From IMG/VR virus record IMGVR_UViG_3300046092_000205, positions 12,496-76,495 of that record: a stretch of DNA of 64,000 nt; one strand, written 5' to 3'. The notes below the pieces were generated by a model that saw only the letters and a program-made list of their open reading frames with translations, was not told the origin of the DNA and did no database searches. Both the position numbers and the translations under genes were made by a program. Shown here one piece after another: positions 1 through 9,589 of this stretch. Within the stretch, counting starts at the first letter, position 1. Each line of letters begins with the position of its first letter. The stretch comes from a virus.

Positions 1-2
1 TA

Positions 3-1277
3 TCGAGATTCCATAATATCACTGTTTTAGACAATAGATTTGTCTCTGAGAGAGTATCTCAATTAAGAAATTGGGGAATCAATTTTATTCAGTGCGATAT
101 TCTTGATAAAGAAAACCTTTTGAAAATTATCTATGATGCTGACGTAATTATTCATCTCGCTGGGGTAACAGATGTTGCTTATACGAAGTTCGGTGAGAAC
201 GATGAAAATAATAAAAAAATCAACGAAGCTGGGATCGACGGAACATCAAATATTTTAAATCTTAGCCCAAAAGACTGCAAGATTATTTTTCCATCAACTC
301 ATGTTGTTTTTGAGGGTTGCACTGAGACAAAAAGGGGTATTGCAGAGGACTTTGCTCCATGCGCTGAACTAACATACTCGAAAGCAAAAGTTCAATCTGA
401 AATTGATATTGCAGCATCTGGAAAACCTTATGTCATCTTGCGCCTTGGCTCCGTCTACGGATACTCTGGAGACGCTATGAGAATTGGGATTATGCCAAAC
501 TTGTTCTCGAAAATCGCATCTCAGGGTGGTAAAATTAAATTATTCTCTGGTGGCGTTCAATTGAAAAGTCTAGTTTCAATTATTGATGTGGCAAGATGCT
601 TTAAATTCATGGCGGATTCCGATATTAAAAATGAAATCTTCCATGTGTCAAAAGAAGAGGTGACTGTAAAAGGCGTTGCCATGCTATGCAAAAAATTTGC
701 TCCATCACTAGTCCTAGAGGAAACAGATGATGAAATTCCTAATCTTGGTTATACGATCTCTAATGAGAAGCTTTTGAAAACAGGATTCTCTTTTATTTTT
801 AATCTAGAAGAGAGCATTAAAGAAATGATTGAAAAATGGTCAAAACAACCAATCAATGAAGAGCTTGAATATCTTCAAAATGGTCAAAAAGAGTTTGTTG
901 ACATTAGAGGTAAAATTTCAAATTACGAACTATCAGAGCCAATTAATCTTATTGGTTTGATTCATTCAAAAACAGGATCAGTTAGGGCGAATCATTTTCA
1001 TCCGATTCAAGAGCAGAAATGCTTATTGGTTTCTGGCTCATATATCAGCGTTACAAAAGATCTTTTGATTGAAGACGCTTCAGTCGAAACTCGCTTAGTA
1101 AAAGCTGGTGATTTAGCCGTTATCAAACCTAATGTCGCTCACGCAATGGTCTTCCTAGAGGATTCTACTTTCTTAAACCTTGTGAGGGGAGAGAGGGAGC
1201 ATGAAAATTATGGAATCACCCATACTGTCCCATATATTTTAGTTAACGAAGAACTTAGAAAACAAATTTTATCATGA
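3..1277 (+). CDS. NAD-dependent epimerase/dehydratase (extended SDR) fused to C-terminal cupin (sugar isomerase-like); 5'-truncated by window edge
   Basis: Frame is open from position 3 (SRFHNITVLDNRF...DVIIHLAG); SDR motifs YSKAK (YxxxK) and LRLGSVYG; C-terminal cupin RANHFH...E and PNVAHAM. Confidence 0.85.
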   Translation, partial: SRFHNITVLDNRFVSERVSQLRNWGINFIQCDILDKENLLKIIYDADVIIHLAGVTDVAYTKFGENDENNKKINEAGIDGTSNILNLSPKDCKIIFPSTHVVFEGCTETKRGIAEDFAPCAELTYSKAKVQSEIDIAASGKPYVILRLGSVYGYSGDAMRIGIMPNLFSKIASQGGKIKLFSGGVQLKSLVSIIDVARCFKFMADSDIKNEIFHVSKEEVTVKGVAMLCKKFAPSLVLEETDDEIPNLGYTISNEKLLKTGFSFIFNLEESIKEMIEKWSKQPINEELEYLQNGQKEFVDIRGKISNYELSEPINLIGLIHSKTGSVRANHFHPIQEQKCLLVSGSYISVTKDLLIEDASVETRLVKAGDLAVIKPNVAHAMVFLEDSTFLNLVRGEREHENYGITHTVPYILVNEELRKQILS

Positions 1278-2485
1278 ATAAAAAAGAATGCAGATCGTGT
1301 AGTGGAATTGATTTAAAGGATGTGCTTTCTTTAGGAGATAGTCCTCTTGCTAATAATCTCACAAGGTATGGGGAAGTTGCTCAGAAATTTCCGCTTGAGA
1401 TTAAATGGTGTGCCGACTGTTTCAATGTGCAGTTGTCCTATGTCGTTCCACCAGAAGAAATGTTCAAAAACTATCTTTATGTTTCTTCGACATCTAAATC
1501 ATTTAGAGAGCATTTTAGTTGTGCCGCCAAAAAGTATGTTGAAATGTTTTCTCTTGATGAAAACTCCCTTGTCGTAGACTTGGGAAGCAACGATGGTGTT
1601 TTTTTAAAACCAATGCAAGAACTTGGTATTAGAGTTTGTGGAGTTGAACCAGCAGAAAATATTGCACAAATCGCGCTATCTAATGGTGTTCCTACGATTA
1701 ATAAGTTCTTTGACGAAACCGTGGTTGAAGAAATCACCGCTAACTTTGGCAAAGCTAATATAGTAACCGCATCAAATGTTTTTGCTCACGCAGATGATTT
1801 AGATGGAATTGCAAAAAATGTTTTGAAAATACTAAAAGAAGATGGAACTTTTATTATTGAGGTTCAATATCTTATTGATACAATCAAGGATTTGACTTTC
1901 GATAATATTTATCATGAACATGTTAATTATTGGACCGTAACATCATTGGAGACATTCTTTTCTAAACGAGGGTTGAATATTAATAGAGTTGAATATATAG
2001 ATACTCATGGAGGATCAATTAGAGTTTACAGTAGCCGCTCCCCAGCTAAGGAATATTCTGTTGATTCCTTTCTCCTCGACGAAGAAAATTTTGGCGTTAA
2101 AAATTACAGGACATATTTATCTTTCGCAGATAAAGTAAATGAAATTAAGGAAGCGACAAAGCTCAATGCTGCAAACTTAAAGACGCAGTATAAAAAAATC
2201 TACGGATATGGCTCTCCTGCAAAAGCCACAACGGCGTTAAATTTCTACGAATTAGACCCCTGCTTTTTATTAGCCACGATTGAGGATAACGCCCTGAAAC
2301 ACGGGAAACTTATCCCATGTGTTAATATTCCAATTATTTCAAAAGAAGATGCAATTAAAGATTATCCAGACCTGATTGTGGTATTAGCGTGGAATTTCTT
2401 TGATGAAATCGTTAAGAATAACAAGAATTTATTTCCAAACACTAAATTTATCTCTATTAAAGATTTGGAGTTATTAAATTTTTAA
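1274..2485 (+). CDS. NDP-hexose C-methyltransferase (class I SAM, N-terminal Zn site)
   Basis: CRSC...CADC Zn motif, VDLGSNDG SAM motif, FDNIYHEH, THGGSIR, YGSPAKA, LAWNF. Confidence 0.85.
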   Translation: MNKKECRSCSGIDLKDVLSLGDSPLANNLTRYGEVAQKFPLEIKWCADCFNVQLSYVVPPEEMFKNYLYVSSTSKSFREHFSCAAKKYVEMFSLDENSLVVDLGSNDGVFLKPMQELGIRVCGVEPAENIAQIALSNGVPTINKFFDETVVEEITANFGKANIVTASNVFAHADDLDGIAKNVLKILKEDGTFIIEVQYLIDTIKDLTFDNIYHEHVNYWTVTSLETFFSKRGLNINRVEYIDTHGGSIRVYSSRSPAKEYSVDSFLLDEENFGVKNYRTYLSFADKVNEIKEATKLNAANLKTQYKKIYGYGSPAKATTALNFYELDPCFLLATIEDNALKHGKLIPCVNIPIISKEDAIKDYPDLIVVLAWNFFDEIVKNNKNLFPNTKFISIKDLELLNF

Positions 2486-2519
2486 CACTACGATTGCATA
2501 CTCCATAAACTAAAATAAT

Positions 2520-3227
2520 ATGATTGAAGAATTACTGAATGAAATAAAGCCATACTCTTTACCTTTTAAAATGGTAAGAGTCGGTAATCCTTTAAGAGAC
2601 GGAGGCTATGGGTTATATGAAAAATTTACAATAGAGTCTGATGCTGTTTATTCTTTTGGGGTTGGACAACTTCCAGAGCAAGTCGAGTTTGATAGGCAGA
2701 TGGCTTCGTTAGGTAAAAAAGTTTATATGTATGATTATAGCGTAGATGGACCTCCTATTGATCATGAAAATTTTATCTTCCATAAAGAATTTGTATCGTC
2801 TGAAAATGCTTATGAATTTTTAAAAATTAACGGAGATTTAGATAAGAATAATCTTTTGGGGCAATTTGATATTGAAGGTGCTGAATACGAAATGATTTTA
2901 AATGTGGAAGATGATTTTTTTAATCATTTCTCTCAGTTGTGTTTTGAGTTTCACGAACTTTCAAATCCAACAATTGAAAAAATTGAAGCATTCAGAAAAT
3001 TGAATGATAAATATTACCTATACCATATCCATGCAAATAATCATACAGATATTTTTGACGAAAGCGGCCAAATGCCTTATGCATTAGAAATTTCTTTTTT
3101 AAGAAAAGACTTGGTTAAAAATATCAATCCTTATCTTGATAAGAATCCAAGACCTATTCTTGGCATTGATAGATCCTGCTGTTTGGAGAGGCCAGAATTT
3201 TATTTAAATTGGTGGTGCAAAGATTAA
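2520..3227 (+). CDS. FkbM/Methyltransf_22-like SAM methyltransferase
   Basis: DGGY, VYSFGVG, FDIEGAEY, QLCFEFH, HIHANN motifs. Confidence 0.7.
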   Translation: MIEELLNEIKPYSLPFKMVRVGNPLRDGGYGLYEKFTIESDAVYSFGVGQLPEQVEFDRQMASLGKKVYMYDYSVDGPPIDHENFIFHKEFVSSENAYEFLKINGDLDKNNLLGQFDIEGAEYEMILNVEDDFFNHFSQLCFEFHELSNPTIEKIEAFRKLNDKYYLYHIHANNHTDIFDESGQMPYALEISFLRKDLVKNINPYLDKNPRPILGIDRSCCLERPEFYLNWWCKD

Positions 3228-3229
3228 TT

Positions 3230-4384
3230 ATGGAACACATATATAAAAACATTGAAGGTTGGTTTGATTTTTTAAATCTATACTCATTTATAGTCAATCA
3301 AGCTGATGGAGAATCTAAATTTGTTGAGGTCGGCAGTTGGCTTGGCAAAAGCTCTTCTTACATGGCTGTCGAGATTGCCAATTCAAAAAAGAATATTTCT
3401 TTTTATTGCGTCGATACTTGGCAGGGCAGCGTAGAGCACTCTTCTAATGATTTGATTATTAAAAATGAACTATATGACTCTTTTTTAAAAAACATCTCGC
3501 CCGTAAAAGATTACATTACTCCGATTAGGTCATTGTCGAAAGAAGCTTCTGAGAAATTTGAAGACGAATCTTTGGACTTTGTTTTTATTGATGCTGGACA
3601 TTCATATGAAGATGTATATGAAGATTTAAGATGCTGGTTTCCGAAGTTGAAAAAAGGAGGATACTTTGCTGGGCATGATTATAGCTATGCTTGGCCAGGA
3701 GTAATGAAAGCAGTAGTTGAATGGTCAGTCGAGAATAACTACATTATTTCAATGGTAGAGGAAAGCTGCTGGTTAATGAAAAAACCAATAGAATCTAACA
3801 AAGTAACTGTTGCTTCTTCTCATTATAAAGAAGACTTAAATTGGGTTAATTTTATTAAATATCCTGTTCGAATTTATTCTAAAACTTTGGAAAATAAAAA
3901 CTTTATCAATTTTAATAAAGTTCAAGAAGTCCCAGCCTATTTAAAATATATTATTGAAAATTATCAGGCATTGCCAGAATACAGTATTTTTATTCATGGT
4001 CACTTAATGGCAGAACATCAAAGCGATAATATCGTCAACATTATCAATAATCTTGATTTCAATCAAGATATTATTAATTTGAATCGCAAAGATTGGGTTC
4101 AAACAATTTCTAAAGGCGACGAATTTGAAGATAGAAAGTTTTCGTGGATTGAAGAGAATTGGAATGATTTAATTGGAGAATATTTACCAATGCCAAATTC
4201 ATTAACTTTCCCGTCTTGCGCTCAATTCGCGATACACAAATCAAAAATTACTCAATACCCAATTGAATTTTGGAAAAGTTTATTTAAATGGTGCGAAGAA
4301 ACAAAATTAGAAAATTATATTTCCAGTAGAATTTTCGAATATATTTGGTATTATATTTTTTCAAAACAAAACATTTTTCAATGA
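3230..4384 (+). CDS. Methyltransf_24-like methyltransferase fused to DUF3431-like (glycosyltransferase-like) domain
   Basis: VEVGSWLGKS, FIDAGHSYE, GHDY; C-half SHYKEDLNWV, EVPAYLKYII, FIHGH, CAQFAI, FEYIW; ATG 3230 follows the previous stop. Confidence 0.75.
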   Translation: MEHIYKNIEGWFDFLNLYSFIVNQADGESKFVEVGSWLGKSSSYMAVEIANSKKNISFYCVDTWQGSVEHSSNDLIIKNELYDSFLKNISPVKDYITPIRSLSKEASEKFEDESLDFVFIDAGHSYEDVYEDLRCWFPKLKKGGYFAGHDYSYAWPGVMKAVVEWSVENNYIISMVEESCWLMKKPIESNKVTVASSHYKEDLNWVNFIKYPVRIYSKTLENKNFINFNKVQEVPAYLKYIIENYQALPEYSIFIHGHLMAEHQSDNIVNIINNLDFNQDIINLNRKDWVQTISKGDEFEDRKFSWIEENWNDLIGEYLPMPNSLTFPSCAQFAIHKSKITQYPIEFWKSLFKWCEETKLENYISSRIFEYIWYYIFSKQNIFQ

Positions 4385-5433
4385 AAACAGTTATCATTAC
4401 AGGAGTAACAGGTCAAGATGGTTCGCTAATGGCGGACTATCTATTGCAAAATACAGATTTTTTTGTATATGGAGCGCATAGGCGTTTAAGCGTTCCTAAT
4501 CATGGCAACATCGAGCATCTTAAAAATAACTCAAGATTTTCTACAATAGACTTGGATATTACTGATACTGAAAACATCAATCAGGTCATTCGCGAAATTA
4601 AACCAGATTATTTTATTAACTTTGCCGCCAATTCCTTTGTTGGTAATAGTTGGAAAATGCCAGTAAACCACATGCAAACAAATTGCATGGGAGTTCTTTT
4701 CTGTTTAGAGGCTATCCGTAACTACTCGCCAGAAACTAGATTTTATAATGCTGGTAGTAGCGAGCAATTTGGAGACGTAATTTATTCTCCTCAAGATATT
4801 AATCATCCGTTTCGTCCAAGATCACCATATGGAGCGGCTAAATGCGCTGCGCATCACCTTGTAAAAGTCTATCGCGACTCTTATAACATTTACGCTGTTC
4901 AAGGTATCTTGTTTAATCATGAGGGCGTCCGTCGCGGCGAAGAGTTTGTAACTCGAAAAATTACAAAAGGAGTTGCCAGAATCAATTCAAGTATTTGCGA
5001 CGAAAAACCTTTTGAGCCAATTAAACTTGGTAACCTCTCCGCCACTAGGGACTGGTCTGATTCAGAGGACTTCGTTGAAGCTGTGTGGTTAATGCTAAAT
5101 AAAGAAGAACCTAAAGATTACCTACTTTCTTCCAATGAGACTCACACTATTAGAGAGTTTGTAGAAAAGGCATTTTTAGCTGCTGGTATCGAAGGCGCTT
5201 GGATTGGAGAAGGCTTGAATGAGAAGTTTATTGTGCCAAATTGGGTGCATGATATTTCTGGAGTTAAATCAAGTGTACTTGTTGAAATTGATCCAGTTTT
5301 TTTTCGACCTTGCGAAGTCCAAAGTTTATTTGGAAATTCAGACACGGCAAGAAAAGAGCTTAATTGGAACCCAAAAGTGTCATTTGATCAGCTTGTTAAA
5401 AAAATGGTTATGTGGGATATAAATAACTCTTGA
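4381..5433 (+). CDS. gmd: GDP-mannose 4,6-dehydratase
   Basis: ITGVTGQDGS, SSEQFG, PRSPYGAAK, LFNHE, FVTRKIT, LGNL.A.RDW. Confidence 0.95.
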   Translation: MKTVIITGVTGQDGSLMADYLLQNTDFFVYGAHRRLSVPNHGNIEHLKNNSRFSTIDLDITDTENINQVIREIKPDYFINFAANSFVGNSWKMPVNHMQTNCMGVLFCLEAIRNYSPETRFYNAGSSEQFGDVIYSPQDINHPFRPRSPYGAAKCAAHHLVKVYRDSYNIYAVQGILFNHEGVRRGEEFVTRKITKGVARINSSICDEKPFEPIKLGNLSATRDWSDSEDFVEAVWLMLNKEEPKDYLLSSNETHTIREFVEKAFLAAGIEGAWIGEGLNEKFIVPNWVHDISGVKSSVLVEIDPVFFRPCEVQSLFGNSDTARKELNWNPKVSFDQLVKKMVMWDINNS

Positions 5434-5457
5434 CATTTCCAAGTTCTACTTTAAAGT
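5430..5457 (+). promoter_or_regulatory. sigma70-type promoter TTGACA-N16-TAAAGT
   Basis: -35 at 5430-5435, -10 at 5452-5457; ATG at 5463 just downstream. Confidence 0.6.
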
Positions 5458-5462
5458 AGTTC

Positions 5463-5621
5463 ATGGATTTTTCACCAGTTATTCACATTTGTAGATGCAT
5501 TTCCGATTTAACGGAAATGATGTTGCCGTATTTAATTTGGCCAACAATTGTCATTTTATTACTTTGCTTGCTTTTAGCGATAAGCACATGCTTGAACAGT
5601 AAAGGAAAATTTTTAGATTAA
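5463..5621 (+). CDS. small (52 aa) putative membrane protein, not in ORF track
   Basis: MDFSPVIHICRCISDLTEMMLPYLIWPTIVILLLCLLLAISTCLNSKGKFLD; fills the gap between the promoter and the 5623 gene; one hydrophobic stretch. Confidence 0.5.
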   Translation: MDFSPVIHICRCISDLTEMMLPYLIWPTIVILLLCLLLAISTCLNSKGKFLD

Positions 5622-5622
5622 T

Positions 5623-5982
5623 ATGCCGCGCTCAAAAAAAATTAAAAACCCCAAGCCTCCGCAAATTAATAAAAAAAACTTGCTGGAAAAGTTAGTTGAA
5701 AAGCCAACTCAAAACATTAGAGAATGGTCTATTCGTGAGTTTACCTTGATGAAAAGACTGGAAGATGCTTACTCATTAGAGTTCTTGAATGTTATTGATT
5801 TTGGAAAGAAGCTTCCAAGCTTAGCCGTATTGTCTAGTGAATGGGGTAAAACCGAATTGGCGCGAAGATTTCACGCCTTTAATTATCAACCGCTACCGCA
5901 AGAGCAAATAATTTTATCATCTGAAAAATTTGGAAAAGACGTTGAGGTAAAGAAGAAACAATCTCTGAGAGAAATACTATAA
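5623..5982 (+). CDS. hypothetical phage protein
   Basis: Tightly packed ORF in replication operon. Confidence 0.7.
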   Translation: MPRSKKIKNPKPPQINKKNLLEKLVEKPTQNIREWSIREFTLMKRLEDAYSLEFLNVIDFGKKLPSLAVLSSEWGKTELARRFHAFNYQPLPQEQIILSSEKFGKDVEVKKKQSLREIL

Positions 5983-5984
5983 TT

Positions 5985-7130
5985 ATGGCCGTGAATCGAA
6001 AAACCCTACCACCAAAAGAGGAAAAAAAACAATCCTCAAGTTCCGCCCTTCAAAACTTTTTGAAGACAGCTACTCATTACAACAATGTAATTCCAGAAGA
6101 GACAATTATTTCTTCTGGATCATTAATCCTTGATTCTGATATTCAAGTTAGGTCTGGAATGATTGTGCGCCTCGTTGGTAAAGGCTCAGAAGTTGGAAAG
6201 TCTAGTCAAGGATTTGTTTTCCTTGAAAACTATATGAAGACAATGCCAAACTCAAAGTGCTTATATGTGAAAGCAGAAGGGCGTCTTTCTAAAGATAAGT
6301 CAGCGAAGACTGGCCTTAAATTTGTTTATGATATTGAAGATTGGACAGAGGGAACGGTGTTTGTTGTTTGCTCAAATATCGCAGAACCAATTTTTAAGCT
6401 CATCGTCGATACAGTCCATGATGCATATCACGCTGGAGAACGTATTGCGTGGATGATTGATTCTATGGATGGACTAATCCTAGAAGACGATTTGAAGAAG
6501 GGAGTGACGAGCGGAGGCATGGTTGCTGGCGTTCCTAAGCTAACTAAGTTGCTTTTTAGGCATTTAGCACTGCCTAATATGCATTATGATGCTCTTGGTA
6601 TTATCACGGGTCAATATGCTGCGCAAATTAAAATCGACACATACTCGCCTACCGCTCCAAACCAAGGGAGTTCTAGTGGTGGATCATCACAGCAGCATCA
6701 AGCAGATTATGTTTTCGAATATCAGCCAGTGAATCAAGGAGACTTAATTCTCGAAAATGACGCACTTAAACCCGACAAGTTTACAAATAAAATTCTTGGT
6801 AAATTCGCCCGAATTAAGATTTTAAAATCCGCTGATGATGTTACTGGCAACATGTATTCAGTGCCAATTCGTCGCGGAGAGCAATATAAAGGTTCGCTTC
6901 AAGTTTGGCAGAGTAAAGAGGTAGCCGATTTATTAATTGGTTATCAGCTTCTATCTAAGGGTGGAGCGTGGTTGACTTTTGAAGCAGATATTATTGAATC
7001 AGCAAAATCAGAAGGTGTTGAACTCCAAGAAAAAATAAATGGAATCAACAAGCTATATAACTACCTTGAAGAAGATTCTGCGGCAATGGAATTTCTAAAA
7101 AAGAAAATCTTAGCAATCATTACTGAATGA
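5985..7130 (+). CDS. RecA/UvsX-like recombinase
   Basis: ISSGSLILD, Walker A variant GKGSEVGKS, YVKAEGR, Walker B WMIDSMD, GGSSQQH, GGAWL. Confidence 0.85.
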   Translation: MAVNRKTLPPKEEKKQSSSSALQNFLKTATHYNNVIPEETIISSGSLILDSDIQVRSGMIVRLVGKGSEVGKSSQGFVFLENYMKTMPNSKCLYVKAEGRLSKDKSAKTGLKFVYDIEDWTEGTVFVVCSNIAEPIFKLIVDTVHDAYHAGERIAWMIDSMDGLILEDDLKKGVTSGGMVAGVPKLTKLLFRHLALPNMHYDALGIITGQYAAQIKIDTYSPTAPNQGSSSGGSSQQHQADYVFEYQPVNQGDLILENDALKPDKFTNKILGKFARIKILKSADDVTGNMYSVPIRRGEQYKGSLQVWQSKEVADLLIGYQLLSKGGAWLTFEADIIESAKSEGVELQEKINGINKLYNYLEEDSAAMEFLKKKILAIITE

Positions 7131-7537
7131 CATTCCTTGATTTACAAGGCAGAAAAAAAACCCTAAAAAAAGCTACAAAATACTTAATAGATTGGGACGC
7201 TAAAACTCGTTCTAAATTTCAAGATTCTGTTAAACAATTTTTACGTCCATATTGGAAGCGCGATCAGGTTTTTGAAGAACTAAGAATCGTTGGGACTCTT
7301 TGCACATTTGATTTGTATAATGCGTCCCAGAGAATTGCTTGCGAAGTTCAAGGGAGCCAACACGGTTCATACAATAAGTTTTTTCATCGCGGAAGTAAAA
7401 TGAACTTCCTTTCGCAAATTAAAAGAGACTTGGATAAGCATGAATTTTGCCGACTCAACAATATTATCTTGGTGGAAATTCTTCCCAAAGATCAACTTAG
7501 TGAGCAATTTTTTTCTGATTTAGGCGTATTATTGTAG
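7127..7537 (+). CDS. Vsr/DUF559-like PD-(D/E)xK endonuclease
   Basis: FDLYN...IACEVQGSQH...RD..K...C..NNI.LVEI. Confidence 0.65.
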   Translation: MTFLDLQGRKKTLKKATKYLIDWDAKTRSKFQDSVKQFLRPYWKRDQVFEELRIVGTLCTFDLYNASQRIACEVQGSQHGSYNKFFHRGSKMNFLSQIKRDLDKHEFCRLNNIILVEILPKDQLSEQFFSDLGVLL

Positions 7538-7539
7538 AG

Positions 7540-7788
7540 ATGTCTAATCAATCATTCCAAATTCCAGAGCAGTTTCTAGTGAAACTCTACGAACTAACGG
7601 GTTCCGCCGATAAAAATAAAGGATTTATACTATTCTTAATAGATAACGATGGAAACCCGCGTCCTATTTTAAGTAAAATGGACATGTCAACAAATATGTG
7701 CCTAAGAAAATGCGCTGAGATATACTTGCGCGAACTTGATGATCATGATGCTATTGGCTCAAGTGAACGAGATGATCATGAAGAATAA
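7540..7788 (+). CDS. hypothetical protein
   Basis: ORF between nuclease and helicase. Confidence 0.7.
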   Translation: MSNQSFQIPEQFLVKLYELTGSADKNKGFILFLIDNDGNPRPILSKMDMSTNMCLRKCAEIYLRELDDHDAIGSSERDDHEE

Positions 7789-7791
7789 TCC

Positions 7792-7819
7792 TTGACTGTA
7801 ACTTAAAACAGTTTATCTT
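7792..7819 (+). promoter_or_regulatory. sigma70-type promoter TTGACT-N16-TATCTT
   Basis: Intergenic, 5 nt before the helicase ATG at 7825. Confidence 0.55.
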
Positions 7820-7824
7820 TAAAT

Positions 7825-9324
7825 ATGCTATACGATTTCACTCTCCAACAAAAACTAATCACTTCCATTCTTAAATACCCACAAGAATGGTTGTCTGTTA
7901 AGTCTTTTTTTTCTGAAGATGATGTAGTCGATGGAGACTATAAAGATTCATTAGTTGTTTCTTTGGTGCGTCAAGCAGTGGAAAAGGGTGAGGCTGTTGA
8001 TGCGAATATTATCGCTCAACGAATTGAACGAATGAATCTAAATATAGATACGGATATGAGCTTAGCTCAATATGTCCTATCTCTTGGAATGAGGAACTGC
8101 GCGGAAGGATCTGTTTTAAGAATCGCTAAAGAGTTGAAGAAACTTTCTTTGAGGCGTGAATTAGCTGCCACTGGAGAAGAAATCAAGAAAAGGATGGAAA
8201 GCTTAGATCCATCGGCAAGCTATTCTGAGATCATTGAAACATCAGATTCAATTTACAACAAAAAAGTAAATCATTTTGAATTAGATGGTGATATTCCAGT
8301 AAATATTTACGATGATATGGAACGTATCATTGAGGAGGCTGGAAAAAATCAAGACGAAGCAATTTTCGGTAAGTTTCCTACGGTAAATAAGATTTATGGG
8401 AGCCTCCATAAACCAGGAAATATTACTTGTATTACGAGTCGATCAGGAAGTGGCAAAACAACCTTGGCCATGGATGAATGCTGTTTTGTTGGCGACAAAT
8501 ACGACATTCCAGTGCTGCATTTTGACAACGGAGAAATGAGTATTGAAGAATTAACTTTTCGCCGCGCATCGTCGTTATCTGAAGTTCCACATCATCTTAT
8601 TGAATCTGGGAAATGGAGAAACAATCCTTTAACCGCACAAAAAGTTCGTGATGCTCTGAATAAAATCAAGAGTGGCAAAAGTAAATTTTACTACTACTGT
8701 GTTGCTGGTATGACGGCAGATGAAATGGTTGGCTTAGCAACAAAGTTTTATTACTCTACGGTTGGGCGTGGTAAAAAAATGATCTTGTCTTTTGACTATA
8801 TTAAGACAACTAATCAGCTTGGTGGAAGTATGACCGAATGGCAAGTGGTCGGAGAAATTGTTGATAAATTTAAAAAGTTTGTGCAGAAAGATATTCTTTT
8901 TGAAAATCGGCCAATGGTTAGTATGTTCACATCTGTTCAGAGCAATAGAATGGGTGTCACAACAAATAAAAAAGCCGATCAAATTGTTGATGATGAAAGC
9001 ACTGTGAGTTTGTCAGACCGCATTATTCAATTTTGCTCTCACATGTTTATCTTGAGAAAGAAAACAATGGATGAAATTGCTGAAGAAGGGGTTGAATTTG
9101 GCACTCATAAATTAATTTGCATTAAAGCGCGTCATCTTGGAGAAGACGTAATGGGTCACTTGGAGCCAGTGAAAGTAGGAGATAAATTACGCCAAAACTT
9201 TATCAATTTGCAATTTGCTAATTTTGCTCTTGCGGAGAAGGGAGATCTGCGTAATATTGCGAGATCGAAATCAGTGAACCCAAAATTACAATCAGAATAT
9301 GAAGATGAGCCATCGCCATTTTAA
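7825..9324 (+). CDS. dnaB: DnaB-like replicative helicase
   Basis: Walker A SRSGSGKT, DNGEMS, FDYIK, VQSNR, SDRIIQ, KARH. Confidence 0.9.
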   Translation: MLYDFTLQQKLITSILKYPQEWLSVKSFFSEDDVVDGDYKDSLVVSLVRQAVEKGEAVDANIIAQRIERMNLNIDTDMSLAQYVLSLGMRNCAEGSVLRIAKELKKLSLRRELAATGEEIKKRMESLDPSASYSEIIETSDSIYNKKVNHFELDGDIPVNIYDDMERIIEEAGKNQDEAIFGKFPTVNKIYGSLHKPGNITCITSRSGSGKTTLAMDECCFVGDKYDIPVLHFDNGEMSIEELTFRRASSLSEVPHHLIESGKWRNNPLTAQKVRDALNKIKSGKSKFYYYCVAGMTADEMVGLATKFYYSTVGRGKKMILSFDYIKTTNQLGGSMTEWQVVGEIVDKFKKFVQKDILFENRPMVSMFTSVQSNRMGVTTNKKADQIVDDESTVSLSDRIIQFCSHMFILRKKTMDEIAEEGVEFGTHKLICIKARHLGEDVMGHLEPVKVGDKLRQNFINLQFANFALAEKGDLRNIARSKSVNPKLQSEYEDEPSPF

Positions 9325-9361
9325 TATATCCAATGTCCTGTAATTGCGAAACTTCTGACCT

Positions 9362-9589
9362 ATGCTCCAACAATTAAAAACCCTTATTGCTACTTGCGAC
9401 AACTGTGGATATGATCAAGAATTTCAATCCACAAAACATGAATACCCAGTTGGCTGGGCCAAAGCGGTTCGTCGAGAATACCTCGGAACACGCATGGACA
9501 ACGAAAGAGATGCGCTATGCCCACACTGTATCCACTCAGTCCAAAATGGATTCAAAAAATACCACAAATCAACCATCTGTATCCCTTGA
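9362..9589 (+). CDS. small zinc-ribbon protein
   Basis: CDNC...PVGW...LCPHC. Confidence 0.6.
   Translation: MLQQLKTLIATCDNCGYDQEFQSTKHEYPVGWAKAVRREYLGTRMDNERDALCPHCIHSVQNGFKKYHKSTICIP

Noticed and set aside
9387-9545. Upstream extensions given by the ORF track (also 11634, 15793, 30048, 46007, 50368)
   Set aside because: They overlap neighbouring genes, promoters or terminators; downstream ATGs fit better
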